Assembly: GCA_037137575.1 (NCBI GenBank)
Contig: JBAXKB010000001.1
Location: 17,876 to 81,875, forward strand
From: Actinomycetes bacterium
GTDB taxonomy: Bacteria > Actinomycetota > Actinomycetes > S36-B12 > UBA5976
DNA length: 64,000 nt
Reading direction: 5' to 3'
Numbering within the stretch: position 1 is the first letter of the stretch; each line of letters opens with the position of its first letter. The notes below the pieces were generated by a model, which saw only the letters and a program-made list of their open reading frames with translations, was not told the DNA's origin and made no database searches. This document shows positions 48,658 through 60,855 of this stretch, piece by piece. Both the position numbers and the translations under genes were made by a program.

Positions 48658-49659
48658 ATGCATTTTCCGCTTTCAATTCCAAGTCCTAGTCACGGAGTTT
48701 TACATCTAGGGCCTTTGCCATTGCGTGGTTATGCCTTAATGATTATCGCGGGCATCGCAGTTGCTATTTGGTTGGGCGATAAGCGCTGGGTTGCTCGAGG
48801 TGGCAAGTCTGGTCAAGTTTCTGAAGTTGCCATGTGGGCGGTGCCGTTTGGCGTTATTGGCGGACGCATCTATCACGTATTGACAGACTGGTCGGCTTAT
48901 TTTGGTTCAGGTGGACGCGGATTCGCAGCAACTTTCAAAATTTGGGAAGGCGGCCTGGGAATTTGGGGCGCAATCGCACTCGGAGCATGTGGTGCATACA
49001 TTGGCTGTGCGCGTCAGGGTATGAAGCTTGCGCCGTTTGCTGATGCCATTGCGCCGGGTTTGGTATTTGCCCAAGCAATCGGCAGATGGGGAAATTGGTT
49101 TAACCAAGAATTGTTTGGCCGACCAACATCTTTACCATGGGGTCTGCAAATTGATCGTGCCTACCGGCCGCTGGATTACATTAACTATCCAACTTTTCAT
49201 CCCACGTTTCTTTACGAATCAATTGCCTGCGCCGCTATAGGTTTTTTCCTGCTCTGGGCAGATCGCAAGTTTGTATTCGGTTATGGTCGGCTGTTCGCTT
49301 TGTACCTAGCGATTTATTGCGCGGCTCGCGGTGTAATCGAAACAATTCGAGTGGACGATGCCATTCACATTCTTGGTATTCGATTCAATGTTTTCACGGC
49401 GATCTTCGTTGGTATTGGCGCGCTAATTTATTACGTTCGCTCAGTTGAGCGTTTTCCTGGCCAAGAAATTATTGAAGCCGGCCGAGTTGTTGGTGCCCGC
49501 AGTGATGAAGAAGTTCGTGAATTGCGGGCTACCCCTGAAAAAGAACTTGTTACTGTCATCGAATCGGTCGAAGTGTCTGACGAAATTGCGCACGACAAGC
49601 CAGAGAACGTAATACCTGCGCCGCCACGTCGTGGTCGACGCGTAGCGCCGAAGGAGTAA
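48658..49659 (+). CDS. lgt: Prolipoprotein diacylglyceryl transferase
   Basis: Polytopic protein with GGRIYHV, WEGGLGIWG and GRWGNWFNQELFG motifs, plus a charged C-terminal tail. Confidence 0.92.
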   Translation: MHFPLSIPSPSHGVLHLGPLPLRGYALMIIAGIAVAIWLGDKRWVARGGKSGQVSEVAMWAVPFGVIGGRIYHVLTDWSAYFGSGGRGFAATFKIWEGGLGIWGAIALGACGAYIGCARQGMKLAPFADAIAPGLVFAQAIGRWGNWFNQELFGRPTSLPWGLQIDRAYRPLDYINYPTFHPTFLYESIACAAIGFFLLWADRKFVFGYGRLFALYLAIYCAARGVIETIRVDDAIHILGIRFNVFTAIFVGIGALIYYVRSVERFPGQEIIEAGRVVGARSDEEVRELRATPEKELVTVIESVEVSDEIAHDKPENVIPAPPRRGRRVAPKE

Positions 49660-49661
49660 CT

Positions 49662-50381
49662 GTGGCATTTGATATTGGGCACGAACATCGCGATGTTGGT
49701 GGAGGTTGGTTGCGACCAGCTGTATTCGGTGCGATGGATGGTTTACTGAGCAACAGTTCGCTAATCGCTGGCCTGGCTGGAGGTAGCGCTGCTGCTGGTC
49801 TGCATGGGGGCGATTTACGGAAAACTTTAATCTTGGCTGGATTTGCCGGACTTGTTGGCGGTGCATTCTCGATGGGCGCTGGTGAATATATTTCAGTGGC
49901 AACGCAATCTGAGTCGATCCTGGCTGAAATCGAAGCTGAACGTCTTGAACTGATCAGCAATCCTGAAGGCGAACTCAAGGAGTTAGCACACATTTATGAG
50001 GCGAAGGGGCTCAGTCCAGAATTAGCCCACGAAGTCGCTTCAGTAATTAGTCAAGATCCCGAGCGGGCCCTTGCGGTGCACGTTCAGGAGGAGATGGGCG
50101 TTTCGGTTGACGGGCTGCCATCTGCCTGGGTTGCTGGCATTTCTAGTTTTATTGCTTTTAGTTTGGGGGCATTAGTTCCGCTATTGCCATACCTTTTTGG
50201 CACGACTTCACAGACTCCAGCTGTTGCATTAACGGCAATTTCGCTATTTTTGGCCGGGGCAGTGGTATCGCGGGTAACGACCAAGTCCTGGTGGTACAAC
50301 GGAAGCCGCCAATTAGCGGTTGGGGCCGTAGCTGGTGGGATTACTTACATTTTGGGCCATTTGGTTGGCGGGGTTGTCTAA
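49662..50381 (+). CDS. VIT1/CCC1-family iron/manganese transporter
   Basis: WLRPAVFGAMDGLLSNSSLIAG and FSMGAGEYISV motifs, with C-terminal TM helices. GTG start. Confidence 0.8.
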   Translation: MAFDIGHEHRDVGGGWLRPAVFGAMDGLLSNSSLIAGLAGGSAAAGLHGGDLRKTLILAGFAGLVGGAFSMGAGEYISVATQSESILAEIEAERLELISNPEGELKELAHIYEAKGLSPELAHEVASVISQDPERALAVHVQEEMGVSVDGLPSAWVAGISSFIAFSLGALVPLLPYLFGTTSQTPAVALTAISLFLAGAVVSRVTTKSWWYNGSRQLAVGAVAGGITYILGHLVGGVV

Positions 50382-50451
50382 CTTCAGTTAGGCTGAAACA
50401 ACTTTTCACCGGGCCAATGTCGTCCCGATTTATTCGGAATTCGACAGGAGT

Positions 50452-53400
50452 ATGTCCATGACTAATTTGTCAGCATCCCCATCTGCTCAAGGCCTGTACA
50501 GCCCTGAAAATGAGCATGATGCTTGTGGTGTGGCGTGGATTGCTACGCTCACTGGCGAGCATCGTCATGACATCGTCTCGAAAGCCTTAACTGCTCTTCG
50601 CAACCTCGACCACCGTGGTGCTAGCGGCTCTGAAATTAACTCTGGTGATGGCGCCGGCATTCTTACGCAAATCCCTGACGAATTTTTCCGCGCTATTACC
50701 AGCTTTGCCTTACCTGAAGTTGGACAGTACGCCGCTGGTATCGCATTCTTGCCCCAAGACTTAGTAGATAGAAACAACAGTCGCGCGCTAATCGAGTCGA
50801 TTGCTTTGCAAGAAGGTTTGCAAGTTATTGGCTGGCGCCTTCTGCCGATTGACTCAAGTGAAGTCGGACCAACTGCCCTTGGCGTAATGCCGCACTTTGA
50901 GCAGTTATTCGTAGCCGGCACTTCGCAGGAAAGTGGCATCACACTTGACCGCAAAACATTTGCTTTGCGTAAGCGCGCTGAGCACGAAGCCAAAGTTTAT
51001 TTCCCATCACTTTCAAGTCGAACCATCGTGTACAAGGGAATGTTGACTACCGGGCAGTTGGAACCGTTCTTCCCAGATTTATCCGACGAGAGATTTACTA
51101 GCGCTATTGGTTTGGTCCACAGTCGTTTCTCAACAAATACTTTCCCATCTTGGCCACTAGCGCATCCGTACCGATTCATCGCCCACAACGGAGAAATCAA
51201 CACAGTGCGAGGAAACCGTAACTGGATTGCAACTCGTGAATCGCAACTGGCTACAGACTTGATTCCGGGCGAGCTATCGCGGTTGTTCCCGGTCTGCTCG
51301 CCAACTGGAAGTGACTCAACTTCCCTTGATGAAGTTCTGGAGTTAATTCATCTTGGTGGCAGGTCGTTACCTCATGCTGTGATGATGTTGGTTCCTGAAG
51401 CCTGGGAAAACAACACCACCATGGATCCAGATGTGCGTGCTTTTTACCAGTTCCATTCCGCACTGACTGAACCATGGGATGGTCCAGCGAATATTTCTTT
51501 CACAGATGGCACAGTTATTGGTTCTGTACTGGACCGAAATGGATTACGCCCAGGACGTTATTGGGTCACAGATGATGGCCTAGTGATTTTGGCTTCCGAA
51601 GCTGGCGTGTTGCACGATATTGACCAGTCAAAGATTGTTCGAAAAGGACGACTGCAGCCAGGTCGCATGTTCCTTGTTGATGTTGAACAAGGTCGCATAG
51701 TTGAAGATGAAGAAATCAAGCATGAGCTAGCCACGGCTGCGCCGTACGCTAAGTGGCTTGAAGATGGCTTAGTTCATCTCCAAGATTTGCCAGATCGCGA
51801 ACACATAGTGCATCCGCACGGTTCAGTGGTTCGACGTCAGCAAACATTCGGTTATACCGAAGAGGAACTTCGAATATTAGTTGCGCCTATGGCACGAACC
51901 GCCGGCGAAGCGCTTGGTTCAATGGGAACTGACACACCAATCGCTGTGCTTAGCGCACGACCTCGTTTGTTATTCGATTACTTCATTCAGTTGTTTGCCC
52001 AGGTAACAAATCCTCCGCTTGATGCAATCCGAGAGGAACTAGTAACTTCACTTCGCGCATCAATTGGCCCAGAAGTGAACTTGCTAAGCGCATCACCAGA
52101 ACATTGCCGTCAACTTTCCGTTGCGTTCCCGGTTTTGGATAACGATGAGCTGGCAAAGATTGTGCACATCAATGCGGACGGTGCACAGCCAGGTCTAGCG
52201 GCCGTAAAAATTGCAGGTCTGTATCAATTGGATGGCGGAGCAGCAGCTCTGGAAGCCCGGATCGAAGAAATTTTCGCCGAAGTGTCCCAGCACGTCGCCC
52301 AGGGCAAGCGCTTTATTGTTCTTTCCGATCGTGATTCAACAGCTGAACTTGCGCCAATTCCGTCACTTCTTTTGACTGCTGCGGTACATCACCACTTGAT
52401 CCGCCAAAAAGAGCGCACAAAAGTTGGGCTGGTAATTGAAGCTGGCGACGTTCGTGAAGTTCATCATGTGGCGCTTCTAATTGGCTTTGGCGCAGCGGCA
52501 GTTAATCCGTATCTGGCTATGGAGTCAGTTGAAGATTTGGTTCGCACCGGCGTTGTAACGGACATTGCTCCAGAAAAAGCTGTTCGCAACTTAGTGAAGG
52601 CACTTGGTAAAGGTGTGCTCAAAGTCATGAGCAAGATGGGCATCTCAACTGTTGGTTCATACACCGGTGCTCAGGTATTCGAAGCTATTGGTCTTTCGCA
52701 AGCGCTTGTAGATAAATATTTCACTGGCACAACATCGAGACTCGGCGGCATCGGCCTTGAGGTAATCGCAAGTGAAATTGCCCAGCGGCACGAAACGGCC
52801 TATCCAGCAACAGGTATTTCCCCAGCACACCGAACATTGCGTATTGGTGGCGAATATCAGTGGCGTCGTGAAGGTGAACCACACCTTTTCAATCCTGAAA
52901 CGGTTTTCCGTTTACAGCATGCAACTCGTACCGGACGGTTCGACATATTCCGCGAATACACACAAGCAGTTAACGATCAGTCGGAGAACTTGATGACTTT
53001 GCGGGGACTTTTCCGTTTCCGCAACGAGGATCGTTTACCAGTTTCTATCGATGAAGTTGAGCCAGTAAGTGCAATCGTCAAGCGATTCTCAACTGGCGCG
53101 ATGTCTTATGGCTCAATCAGTCAAGAGGCACATGAGACTCTGGCTATTGCCATGAATCGTTTAGGCGCCAAGAGCAACACAGGTGAAGGCGGCGAAGATC
53201 CTGATCGTTTCATCCCAGATGAAAATGGCGATTCACGTCGCTCATCTATCAAGCAGGTGGCATCTGGTCGATTCGGGGTAACAAGTGAGTACTTGGTCAA
53301 TGCCGATGACATTCAGATCAAGATGGCCCAAGGCGCAAAACCCGGCGAAGGTGGCCAGTTACCGGGACACAAGGTTTACCCGTGGATAGCTAAGACTCGA

Positions 53401-54993
53401 CACTCAACCCCAGGTGTTGGTTTGATTAGCCCGCCACCACATCACGACATCTATTCAATCGAAGATCTTGCGCAATTAATTCACGACCTCAAGAATGCCA
53501 ATCCGCAGGCTCGAGTGCACGTGAAACTAGTTGCTGAAGTCGGTGTTGGAACTGTCGCTGCTGGTGTTTCAAAAGCACACGCTGATGTGGTTTTGATTTC
53601 TGGCCACGACGGCGGAACCGGTGCGTCCCCACTAACAAGCCTCAAGCATGCTGGTGGACCTTGGGAAATTGGTCTGGCTGAAACTCAGCAGACACTGCTA
53701 CTCAATGGTTTACGCGATCGCATCGTGGTGCAAGCTGATGGCCAACTCAAAACTGGTCGAGATGTTATTGTCGCAGCACTACTTGGCGCTGAAGAATATG
53801 GTTTTGCCACTGCGCCACTTGTTGTTATGGGCTGTGTAATGATGCGTGTGTGTCATTTGGATACTTGTCCAGTTGGTGTTGCTACTCAGAATCCAGTCCT
53901 TCGTGAGAAGTTTTCAGGTAAGGCTGAGTACGTCGTTAACTTCTTTGAATTCATTGCCCAGGAAGTCCGTGAGATTCTTGCTGAACTTGGCTTCCGTAGT
54001 CTGGATGAGGCCATTGGCCATAGCGAAGTTCTTGATGTAGCAAAAGCGGTAGATCACTGGAAAGCATCGGGTCTTGATCTTTCGCCGATTTTGTATCGGC
54101 CAAATCTTGATCCGTCGGCATCATTGCGCCGCACGACAACTCAAGATCACGGGCTAGCCCGGGCACTGGATAACAAGTTAATTGAAATCTGCCAGCCTGC
54201 CATCAACGATGGGGAAGCGGTGCGGGCGCAACTCGACATTCACAATGTGAATCGAACAGTTGGCACAATGCTTGGCTCCGAAGTAACGCGCAAGTGGGGC
54301 GGTGCTGGGCTACCGGAGGGCACTATTGATTTGTTATTCACAGGAGCAGCCGGACAGTCGTTTGGCGCATTCGTGCCAGCGGGTATTACGTTGCGTCTTG
54401 AAGGCGATGGTAACGACTATGTTGGCAAGGGTCTCTCAGGCGGTCGCGTTGTTGTGCGCCCAGCCCGAACTGCGCCACTAGTTGCCGAGGCAAACATTAT
54501 CGCGGGAAATGTAATTGGGTATGGCGCAACTTCTGGCCACATTTTCTTGCGCGGCATCGTGGGCGAGCGTTTCTGTGTCCGTAACTCTGGCGCCACTGCA
54601 GTTGTTGAAGGCGTTGGCGATCATGGTTGCGAGTACATGACTGGTGGCCGAGTAGTTATTTTGGGTCCAACTGGGCGTAACTTCGCAGCTGGCATGAGTG
54701 GTGGTATCGCGTACCTCGTTGATGCGGTAACTCACAACATCAATAAGGAAATGGTTGATATCGAGAAACTCGATTCAACCGATCTAGATTTCTTGGAAAA
54801 TATCCTTGGTCAGCATCTGGCAGAAACAGATTCAGAAGTTGCCAAGACTTTGTTAGAAAATTGGCCAAAGCAGGCAGGACGCTTCACCAAGGTGATGCCA
54901 CGCGATTACCGTCGGGTACTCGATGCGCAGGCTAAGGCGAAAGCAGAAGGCCGCGATCCAATCGAGGCCGTCATGGAGGCAGCTCGTGTTTAA
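50452..54993 (+). CDS. gltB: Glutamate synthase large subunit
   Basis: 1513 aa. Ntn-amidotransferase Cys after a short propeptide (EHDACGVAW), an FMN-domain-sized segment, and a C-terminal GXGXG beta-helix region. Confidence 0.95.
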   Translation: MSMTNLSASPSAQGLYSPENEHDACGVAWIATLTGEHRHDIVSKALTALRNLDHRGASGSEINSGDGAGILTQIPDEFFRAITSFALPEVGQYAAGIAFLPQDLVDRNNSRALIESIALQEGLQVIGWRLLPIDSSEVGPTALGVMPHFEQLFVAGTSQESGITLDRKTFALRKRAEHEAKVYFPSLSSRTIVYKGMLTTGQLEPFFPDLSDERFTSAIGLVHSRFSTNTFPSWPLAHPYRFIAHNGEINTVRGNRNWIATRESQLATDLIPGELSRLFPVCSPTGSDSTSLDEVLELIHLGGRSLPHAVMMLVPEAWENNTTMDPDVRAFYQFHSALTEPWDGPANISFTDGTVIGSVLDRNGLRPGRYWVTDDGLVILASEAGVLHDIDQSKIVRKGRLQPGRMFLVDVEQGRIVEDEEIKHELATAAPYAKWLEDGLVHLQDLPDREHIVHPHGSVVRRQQTFGYTEEELRILVAPMARTAGEALGSMGTDTPIAVLSARPRLLFDYFIQLFAQVTNPPLDAIREELVTSLRASIGPEVNLLSASPEHCRQLSVAFPVLDNDELAKIVHINADGAQPGLAAVKIAGLYQLDGGAAALEARIEEIFAEVSQHVAQGKRFIVLSDRDSTAELAPIPSLLLTAAVHHHLIRQKERTKVGLVIEAGDVREVHHVALLIGFGAAAVNPYLAMESVEDLVRTGVVTDIAPEKAVRNLVKALGKGVLKVMSKMGISTVGSYTGAQVFEAIGLSQALVDKYFTGTTSRLGGIGLEVIASEIAQRHETAYPATGISPAHRTLRIGGEYQWRREGEPHLFNPETVFRLQHATRTGRFDIFREYTQAVNDQSENLMTLRGLFRFRNEDRLPVSIDEVEPVSAIVKRFSTGAMSYGSISQEAHETLAIAMNRLGAKSNTGEGGEDPDRFIPDENGDSRRSSIKQVASGRFGVTSEYLVNADDIQIKMAQGAKPGEGGQLPGHKVYPWIAKTRHSTPGVGLISPPPHHDIYSIEDLAQLIHDLKNANPQARVHVKLVAEVGVGTVAAGVSKAHADVVLISGHDGGTGASPLTSLKHAGGPWEIGLAETQQTLLLNGLRDRIVVQADGQLKTGRDVIVAALLGAEEYGFATAPLVVMGCVMMRVCHLDTCPVGVATQNPVLREKFSGKAEYVVNFFEFIAQEVREILAELGFRSLDEAIGHSEVLDVAKAVDHWKASGLDLSPILYRPNLDPSASLRRTTTQDHGLARALDNKLIEICQPAINDGEAVRAQLDIHNVNRTVGTMLGSEVTRKWGGAGLPEGTIDLLFTGAAGQSFGAFVPAGITLRLEGDGNDYVGKGLSGGRVVVRPARTAPLVAEANIIAGNVIGYGATSGHIFLRGIVGERFCVRNSGATAVVEGVGDHGCEYMTGGRVVILGPTGRNFAAGMSGGIAYLVDAVTHNINKEMVDIEKLDSTDLDFLENILGQHLAETDSEVAKTLLENWPKQAGRFTKVMPRDYRRVLDAQAKAKAEGRDPIEAVMEAARV

Positions 54994-55019
54994 TCATTTG
55001 GTAGTGGAAGGAATCTGAC

Positions 55020-56468
55020 ATGGGAGATCCACGCGGATTTATAACGACGCAGCGCGAAACCCCAACGCGTCGCGGGGTACTGGTTCGATTAAAAGACTGG
55101 AATGAAGTTTACGAAGAGTTTCCAGTCGAGTCGCTAACCAAACAGGCTGGTCGATGCATGGACTGTGGCATTCCGTTTTGTCACAATGGTTGCCCACTTG
55201 GCAACCTAATTCCTGAATGGAACGACCTTGTTATGCGTCAGGAATGGCAATCAGCATCCGAGCGCCTGCATGCCACCAATAACTTCCCTGAGTTCACTGG
55301 CCGACTATGTCCAGCACCTTGCGAGACCGCCTGTGTTGTTGGGATTTCTGGTGACCCAGTAACTATTAAAAATATTGAAGTTTCGATTATCGATCGTGCT
55401 TGGAACGATGGATTTGTTCTTCCGCAAATTCCAGATCGCGTTACTGGCAAAACTGTGGCAGTAATTGGGTCCGGCCCTGCAGGTTTGGCGGCTGCTCAAC
55501 AGCTTGCCCGTGTTGGGCACACTGTTGCTGTTTATGAGCGCGCTGACCGCATTGGTGGATTGTTACGTTATGGAATTCCAGAATTCAAAATGGAAAAGCA
55601 TCACATCGACCGACGGTTAGAGCAGATGGAAGCTGAAGGCGTAAAGTTTCGAACCAACGTCAATGTTGGAACTGACATAACTGTTGCTGAGCTTCGCTCA
55701 AAGTATGACGCAGTTGTGATTGCTGTTGGTGCCACCGCTTGGCGTGATCTTGATGTTCCTGGCCGGGAACTTTCTGGCATTTATCAGGCAATGGAATATT
55801 TGCCAGGTGCTAACCGAGTACAAGAAGGCGACTTTGACCAAGCGCCGGTTGATGTCGCTGGCCAGCATGTAATCGTGATTGGTGGTGGCGATACTGGCGC
55901 AGACTGCTTGGGTACCGCGCTTCGTCAAGGCGCAGCCTCGGTAACTCAGCTTGAAATTATGCCGACTCCGCCAGATGCCCGCCCAGATTATGCGCCATGG
56001 CCGACTTATCCAATGGTTTACCGAGTCAGCAGTGCCCACGAAGAGGGTGGCGATCGCGAATTTGCCGTTTCTACTCAGCGTTTTATCGGTAACGACAAAG
56101 TTGAGGCTATTGAACTTGTCACTGTTGAATTCAAGGACGGTGCGTTCACTCCTGTTGCAGGTTCAGAGCGTATTTTGCCAGCAGATGCAGTGTTCTTGGC
56201 GATGGGCTTTGTTGGTCCAGAACAAGGTTCGTTAATCAATCAGTTTGAAGTTGCGCTTGATCCACGTGGCAATGTGGCTCGCGATGCGGCTTACATGACC
56301 AACCAAGAAGGTGTGTTCGTAGCTGGCGATGCTGGTCGCGGACAGTCGCTAATTGTTTGGGCTATCGCTGAAGGCCGTTCGGCTGCCGCTCACGTTGATC
56401 GTTTCTTGATGGGTGAAAGTAACTTGCCAGTTGCTATCCCACCAACGGCGCGACCTGTCACTGCCTAG
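55020..56468 (+). CDS. gltD: Glutamate synthase small (NADPH) subunit
   Basis: Cys clusters CMDCGIPFCHNGCPLGN and CPAPCETAC. Dinucleotide folds GSGPAGLAAA and VIVIGGGDTGAD. Confidence 0.94.
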   Translation: MGDPRGFITTQRETPTRRGVLVRLKDWNEVYEEFPVESLTKQAGRCMDCGIPFCHNGCPLGNLIPEWNDLVMRQEWQSASERLHATNNFPEFTGRLCPAPCETACVVGISGDPVTIKNIEVSIIDRAWNDGFVLPQIPDRVTGKTVAVIGSGPAGLAAAQQLARVGHTVAVYERADRIGGLLRYGIPEFKMEKHHIDRRLEQMEAEGVKFRTNVNVGTDITVAELRSKYDAVVIAVGATAWRDLDVPGRELSGIYQAMEYLPGANRVQEGDFDQAPVDVAGQHVIVIGGGDTGADCLGTALRQGAASVTQLEIMPTPPDARPDYAPWPTYPMVYRVSSAHEEGGDREFAVSTQRFIGNDKVEAIELVTVEFKDGAFTPVAGSERILPADAVFLAMGFVGPEQGSLINQFEVALDPRGNVARDAAYMTNQEGVFVAGDAGRGQSLIVWAIAEGRSAAAHVDRFLMGESNLPVAIPPTARPVTA

Positions 56469-56577
56469 GGGCAATCGGGCTAGCGGGAACCTTATTCGGT
56501 AAGGTTGAAGCAACAAGTTGATACGTAAGCGGTGGTTATTCCTTGACCGCCAACAAATTTCAGAAAAGGGCTATCTC

Positions 56578-58005
56578 GTGCGTCGAGCCAAAATTGTTTG
56601 TACCCTCGGTCCAGCTGTCGCCTCTCCAGAGGGAATTCGCGATCTAATTGCTGCGGGTATGAATGTTGCCCGGTTGAACTTGTCACATGGCCAGTACAGC
56701 GATCACGAATACAACTACACGTTGGTGCGCGATGCCGCGAAAAACGCTGGTAAAGCCGTCGCAATATTGGCTGACCTTCAGGGTCCAAAAATCCGTCTTG
56801 CTCGTTTTGCAAATGGCCCAGTAGATCTAGCACCTGGCGACATTTTCACAATCACCACCGAAGATGTTCCTGGGGATAAAGATGAATGTGGCACAACCTA
56901 CAAAGGTTTGCCAGGGGATTGTAAGCCTGGCGATCGAATTTTGGTTGATGACGGCAAAGTTGGCTTGGAAGTTGTTTCGGTAGAAGGTTCACGCGTTAAG
57001 ACTCGCGTAACTGAAGGTGGCCGCGTTAGCGATAACAAGGGCATTAACTTGCCAGGTGTTGCTGTTAGTGTTCCTGCACTTAGCGAAAAAGACATGGACG
57101 ATTTGCGCTGGGCACTGCATCAGGGCGTTGACATGGTTGCACTTTCGTTCGTTCGTAGTGCCGAAGATTTCGCTGATGTAGAACGCATCATGAACGAAGA
57201 AGGTATTCGAGTTCCAGTTATCGCCAAAGTTGAAAAACCACAAGCGGTTGATAACTTGCAAGAAATCGTGGATGTTTTTGATGGCATCATGGTTGCTCGT
57301 GGCGACCTCGGAGTTGAATTGCCACTTGAGCAGGTTCCACTAGTGCAGAAACGGGCAATTGCTATGGCCCGCGCCGCTGCAAAGCCAGTAATTGTGGCAA
57401 CCCAGATGCTTGAGTCAATGATTACTGCTTCACGACCAACCCGTGCGGAAGCCAGCGATGTTGCCAACGCAGTACTAGACGGCGCAGATGCTTTGATGCT
57501 TTCAGGTGAAACAAGTGTGGGCGAAAATCCAACAAATGTTGTAGCCACCATGAGTCGCATTATTGAGCACGTTGAGTCTGAAGCATTGGCTCGAATTCCT
57601 GCTCTGGAGAATCACAACAGAGCTGAAACAGCTGAAGCACTTTGTGAAGCGGCAGTGCAGGTTGCTACCAATGTTGACGCTAAAGCGATTGTGGCTTTCA
57701 CCGAAACTGGTCGCTCGGCCCGCTTGGCTGCGCGTCACCGCACTTCAACGCCAATCTTGGCTTTCACTACAAGCGAGACAGTTTGTAATCAGCTAGCGCT
57801 ACTTTGGGGTACCGAAACTTTCGTGGCTGGAAATGTACAGCACACGGACGAGATGGTAAATCAGGTAGATCACACTTTGCTTGAAATTCAGAAGTTCAAT
57901 CGTGGCGACAAACTTGTGTTTATTGCAGGTGTTCCACCTGGCGTACCGGGCACAACTAATGGCATGCGGGTCCACAAATTGGGCTCCGGCGCAAGCAATA
58001 CCTAG
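56578..58005 (+). CDS. pyk: Pyruvate kinase
   Basis: RRAKIVCTLGPA, NLSHG and MVARGDLGVE motifs. GTG 56578 is preferred, because the track start at 56518 adds 20 non-conserved residues. Confidence 0.92.
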   Translation: MRRAKIVCTLGPAVASPEGIRDLIAAGMNVARLNLSHGQYSDHEYNYTLVRDAAKNAGKAVAILADLQGPKIRLARFANGPVDLAPGDIFTITTEDVPGDKDECGTTYKGLPGDCKPGDRILVDDGKVGLEVVSVEGSRVKTRVTEGGRVSDNKGINLPGVAVSVPALSEKDMDDLRWALHQGVDMVALSFVRSAEDFADVERIMNEEGIRVPVIAKVEKPQAVDNLQEIVDVFDGIMVARGDLGVELPLEQVPLVQKRAIAMARAAAKPVIVATQMLESMITASRPTRAEASDVANAVLDGADALMLSGETSVGENPTNVVATMSRIIEHVESEALARIPALENHNRAETAEALCEAAVQVATNVDAKAIVAFTETGRSARLAARHRTSTPILAFTTSETVCNQLALLWGTETFVAGNVQHTDEMVNQVDHTLLEIQKFNRGDKLVFIAGVPPGVPGTTNGMRVHKLGSGASNT

Positions 58006-58054
58006 TAATTTCAACAGATAAAGAAATGTGCGCTATGCTCGGGCAAAGCGACAT

Positions 58055-58089
58055 CCTTTAACACCTGTCCCGTGAGGCAGGAAAGGAGG
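58055..58089 (+). promoter_or_regulatory. PyrR-binding RNA hairpin overlapping the pyrR Shine-Dalgarno
   Basis: CCUUUAACACCUGUCCCGUGAGGCAGGAAAGGAGG. The outer stem is CCUUU/AAAGG and the inner stem CCUGUC/GGCAGG. The GUCC.G.GAGGC core matches the remembered PyrR binding-loop consensus (UUUAA...GUCCAGAGAGGC...AAGG). The 3' arm contains the AGGAGG SD, 9 nt from ATG 58098. Confidence 0.65.
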
Positions 58090-58097
58090 TTAGTACG

Positions 58098-58643
58098 ATG
58101 ACGCATACCCAAGGCCGGGTTGTTCTAGACTCCGCCGATATTTCTCGAGCACTTACTCGACTAGCCCATGAAATTATTGAACGCACTCAGGGTGCGCAAA
58201 ATGTCACGCTTATGGGCATTCCGACTCGCGGTGTCGCACTCGCTAATCGATTAGCGCAGCGCATTAGCGAAATTCAAGGTAGTCCTGTTCAAGTCGGCGC
58301 TATCGATGTAACTATGTACCGCGATGACTTACGCATGCAACCCGCTCGCGCATTGTTACCAACTGTGCTTCCAGATGCTGGCATCGAAGGTCGGCTAGTG
58401 ATTCTGGTTGACGATGTGCTTTATTCAGGACGAACAATTCGCGCGGCACTAGATGCACTTAGCGAACATGGTCGCCCGCAAGCAGTGCAACTTGCCGTAC
58501 TTGTCGATCGTGGTCATCGCGAACTTCCAATCCGTGCCGATTATGTTGGCAAGAACCTGCCAACAGCTAAAACGGAGTCGGTGCAAGTTCAACTAAGCGA
58601 ACATGACGAAATAGATCAGATTGTCATTAGGCAGGCATCATGA
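58098..58643 (+). CDS. pyrR: Bifunctional pyr mRNA-binding regulator / uracil phosphoribosyltransferase PyrR
   Basis: PRTase motif [14 protein letters not shown]. First gene of the pyr operon. Confidence 0.92.
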   Translation: MTHTQGRVVLDSADISRALTRLAHEIIERTQGAQNVTLMGIPTRGVALANRLAQRISEIQGSPVQVGAIDVTMYRDDLRMQPARALLPTVLPDAGIEGRLVILVDDVLYSGRTIRAALDALSEHGRPQAVQLAVLVDRGHRELPIRADYVGKNLPTAKTESVQVQLSEHDEIDQIVIRQAS

Positions 58644-59578
58644 AACATTTATTGAGTACCGCAGACTTAACGCGTGATGAAGCAATTTTGATTCTCGATA
58701 CCGCTAATCAGTTGGCCCAGGCAACGGGACAAGGCGTTGGCAAACTTCCGCCGCTTCGTGGTCGCACCGTGGTCAATCTCTTTTACGAAGATTCAACTCG
58801 CACTCGCATTTCATTTGAAGCGGCAGCCAAGCGCCTTTCTGCTGATGTAATTAACTTTGCTGCGAAAGGTTCCAGCGTTTCTAAAGGTGAAAGCCTGAAA
58901 GATACCGCACTGACTTTAGAGGCAATGGGCGCAGATGCGATTGTGCTTAGACATGGTTCAAGTGGAGCTGCACACACGTTAGCCAACTCGGGTTGGATTT
59001 CGGGCAGTGTAGTAAATGCTGGCGATGGAACTCACGAGCATCCAACACAAGCCTTGTTAGATGCCTACACATTGCGTCGTCATCTTCGAGATGGAGCCGG
59101 CGATCTTGCTGGTGCGACAATCACAATTGTTGGCGACATCCTGCACAGCCGCGTAGCGCGTTCAAATGTGCACTTACTAAAAACTCTTGGGGCTAACGTT
59201 CGACTAGTTGCACCGCCAACGTTGCTTCCATTTGGAGTCGACACTTGGGGCGCAGAAGTGTCCTACACTCTCGACGATGCCCTAGTTGGCGCAGATGCAG
59301 TGATGATGCTTCGCATCCAACAAGAGCGAATGAATGCTGCGTACTTCCCAACAATTCATGAATACTCGCGTCGCTATGGCTTAAACCAAGCGCGCGTTAA
59401 TTTGATGAATCAAGGCGCAATTGTTATGCACCCAGGCCCAATGAATCGGGGAGTCGAAATTACTTCTGAAGTTGCCGATAGCCCGCAGTCAGTGATTGTT
59501 GAACAGGTGACAAATGGCGTAAGTGTTCGAATGGCTGTGCTGTATTTAATGCTCGGCGGAAATGAGGCAACGGTATGA
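58640..59578 (+). CDS. pyrB: Aspartate carbamoyltransferase catalytic subunit
   Basis: [13 protein letters not shown] and HPGP motifs. Confidence 0.94.
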   Translation: MKHLLSTADLTRDEAILILDTANQLAQATGQGVGKLPPLRGRTVVNLFYEDSTRTRISFEAAAKRLSADVINFAAKGSSVSKGESLKDTALTLEAMGADAIVLRHGSSGAAHTLANSGWISGSVVNAGDGTHEHPTQALLDAYTLRRHLRDGAGDLAGATITIVGDILHSRVARSNVHLLKTLGANVRLVAPPTLLPFGVDTWGAEVSYTLDDALVGADAVMMLRIQQERMNAAYFPTIHEYSRRYGLNQARVNLMNQGAIVMHPGPMNRGVEITSEVADSPQSVIVEQVTNGVSVRMAVLYLMLGGNEATV

Positions 59579-60855
59579 CCAGTTATGTCCTAAAGAATGT
59601 TTCGATAGTTGGTGGCGCTGCTACCGACCTACTTATTAACGAGGGAGTCATAGCCCAAATTGGCGATGGGCTTAATGCAGATCAGGTGATTGATGCCAAA
59701 GGTTGTATTGCGCTGCCCGGACTCGTCGACTTGCATACACACTTGCGCGAACCAGGTAAAGAAGACACTGAAACAGTACTTTCTGGGTCTAAGGCTGCCG
59801 CAATAGGCGGATTCACCAGCGTGCACGCAATGGCGAATACAAATCCGGTTGCCGATAACGCCGGAGTTGTGGAGCAAGTTTGGCGACTTGGCAAAGAAGC
59901 AGGTCTAGTTGATGTTCGTCCCGTCGGAGCAGTTACTAAAGGCCTTGAAGGCATAACACTTGCTGAACTGGGCACAATGGCCGACAGCGCTGCGGGCGTG
60001 CGCGTATTTAGTGACGACGGCAAATGTGTGCATGATCCAGTGATTATGCGCCGCGCTTTGGAGTATGTAAAAGCGTTTGACGGTGTAATTGCGCAGCATG
60101 CGCAAGAGCCGCAATTAACTGACGGTGCGCAGATGAACGAAGGCATCATCTCGGGACAACTTGGCCTGCGTGGCTGGCCGGCTGTAGCTGAAGAAGCAAT
60201 CATCGCCCGCGACGTATTACTTGCATCACACGTTGATGCTCGGCTGCACATCTGCCACCTATCAACGGCAGGTAGCGTCGAAATTATCCGCTGGGCCAAG
60301 AGTCGCGGTATCAAAGTAACCGCTGAAGTTACCCCGCATCACTTAATCCTGACTGACGAACTAGCAACCAGCTACAACCCAGTATTCAAAGTAAATCCAC
60401 CGCTTCGTACGCAAGCCGATGTCGAAGCAGTTCGCGAAGGTCTAGCCGATGGCACCATCGACATCGTTGCAACAGATCACGCTCCACATGCCGCGCAAGA
60501 TAAAGATTGTGAATGGTCTGCCGCAGCTTTTGGTATGACCGGGTTAGAAACCGCGCTTCAGGTTGTGCACGCAACGATGGTAAAAACCGGCTTACTAACT
60601 TGGCAGCAGGTTGGCGAGCGCATGTCTTACGCACCGGCACAAATTGGTCGGGTCGCTACCCAAGGCCAAGCCCTTGTTGTAGGTGCACCTGCGCACATTG
60701 CACTGTTTGATCCAAATACTGAAGTTTTGATTGCCGCTGAGAACTCAGTAAGTGCAAGTCGCAATACGCCATTTGCGGGCTACACCTTGCCAGGCACGGT
60801 GCGGGCAACTTTCTTTAACGGCTTGCCAACAGTTCTAGATGGAAAGTTGGTGTGA
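59575..60855 (+). CDS. pyrC: Dihydroorotase
   Basis: [17 protein letters not shown] and an amidohydrolase-fold pattern. Confidence 0.92.
   Translation: MTSYVLKNVSIVGGAATDLLINEGVIAQIGDGLNADQVIDAKGCIALPGLVDLHTHLREPGKEDTETVLSGSKAAAIGGFTSVHAMANTNPVADNAGVVEQVWRLGKEAGLVDVRPVGAVTKGLEGITLAELGTMADSAAGVRVFSDDGKCVHDPVIMRRALEYVKAFDGVIAQHAQEPQLTDGAQMNEGIISGQLGLRGWPAVAEEAIIARDVLLASHVDARLHICHLSTAGSVEIIRWAKSRGIKVTAEVTPHHLILTDELATSYNPVFKVNPPLRTQADVEAVREGLADGTIDIVATDHAPHAAQDKDCEWSAAAFGMTGLETALQVVHATMVKTGLLTWQQVGERMSYAPAQIGRVATQGQALVVGAPAHIALFDPNTEVLIAAENSVSASRNTPFAGYTLPGTVRATFFNGLPTVLDGKLV

Noticed and set aside
50382-50451. GlnR-type box (gTnAc-N6-GaAAc) upstream of gltB
   Set aside because: TTCAG-N7-GAAAC-N5-TTCAC is present, but the spacings do not match the a-site-N6-b-site architecture. 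The TTCAG/CTGAA pair may be just a small hairpin after the VIT1 gene.
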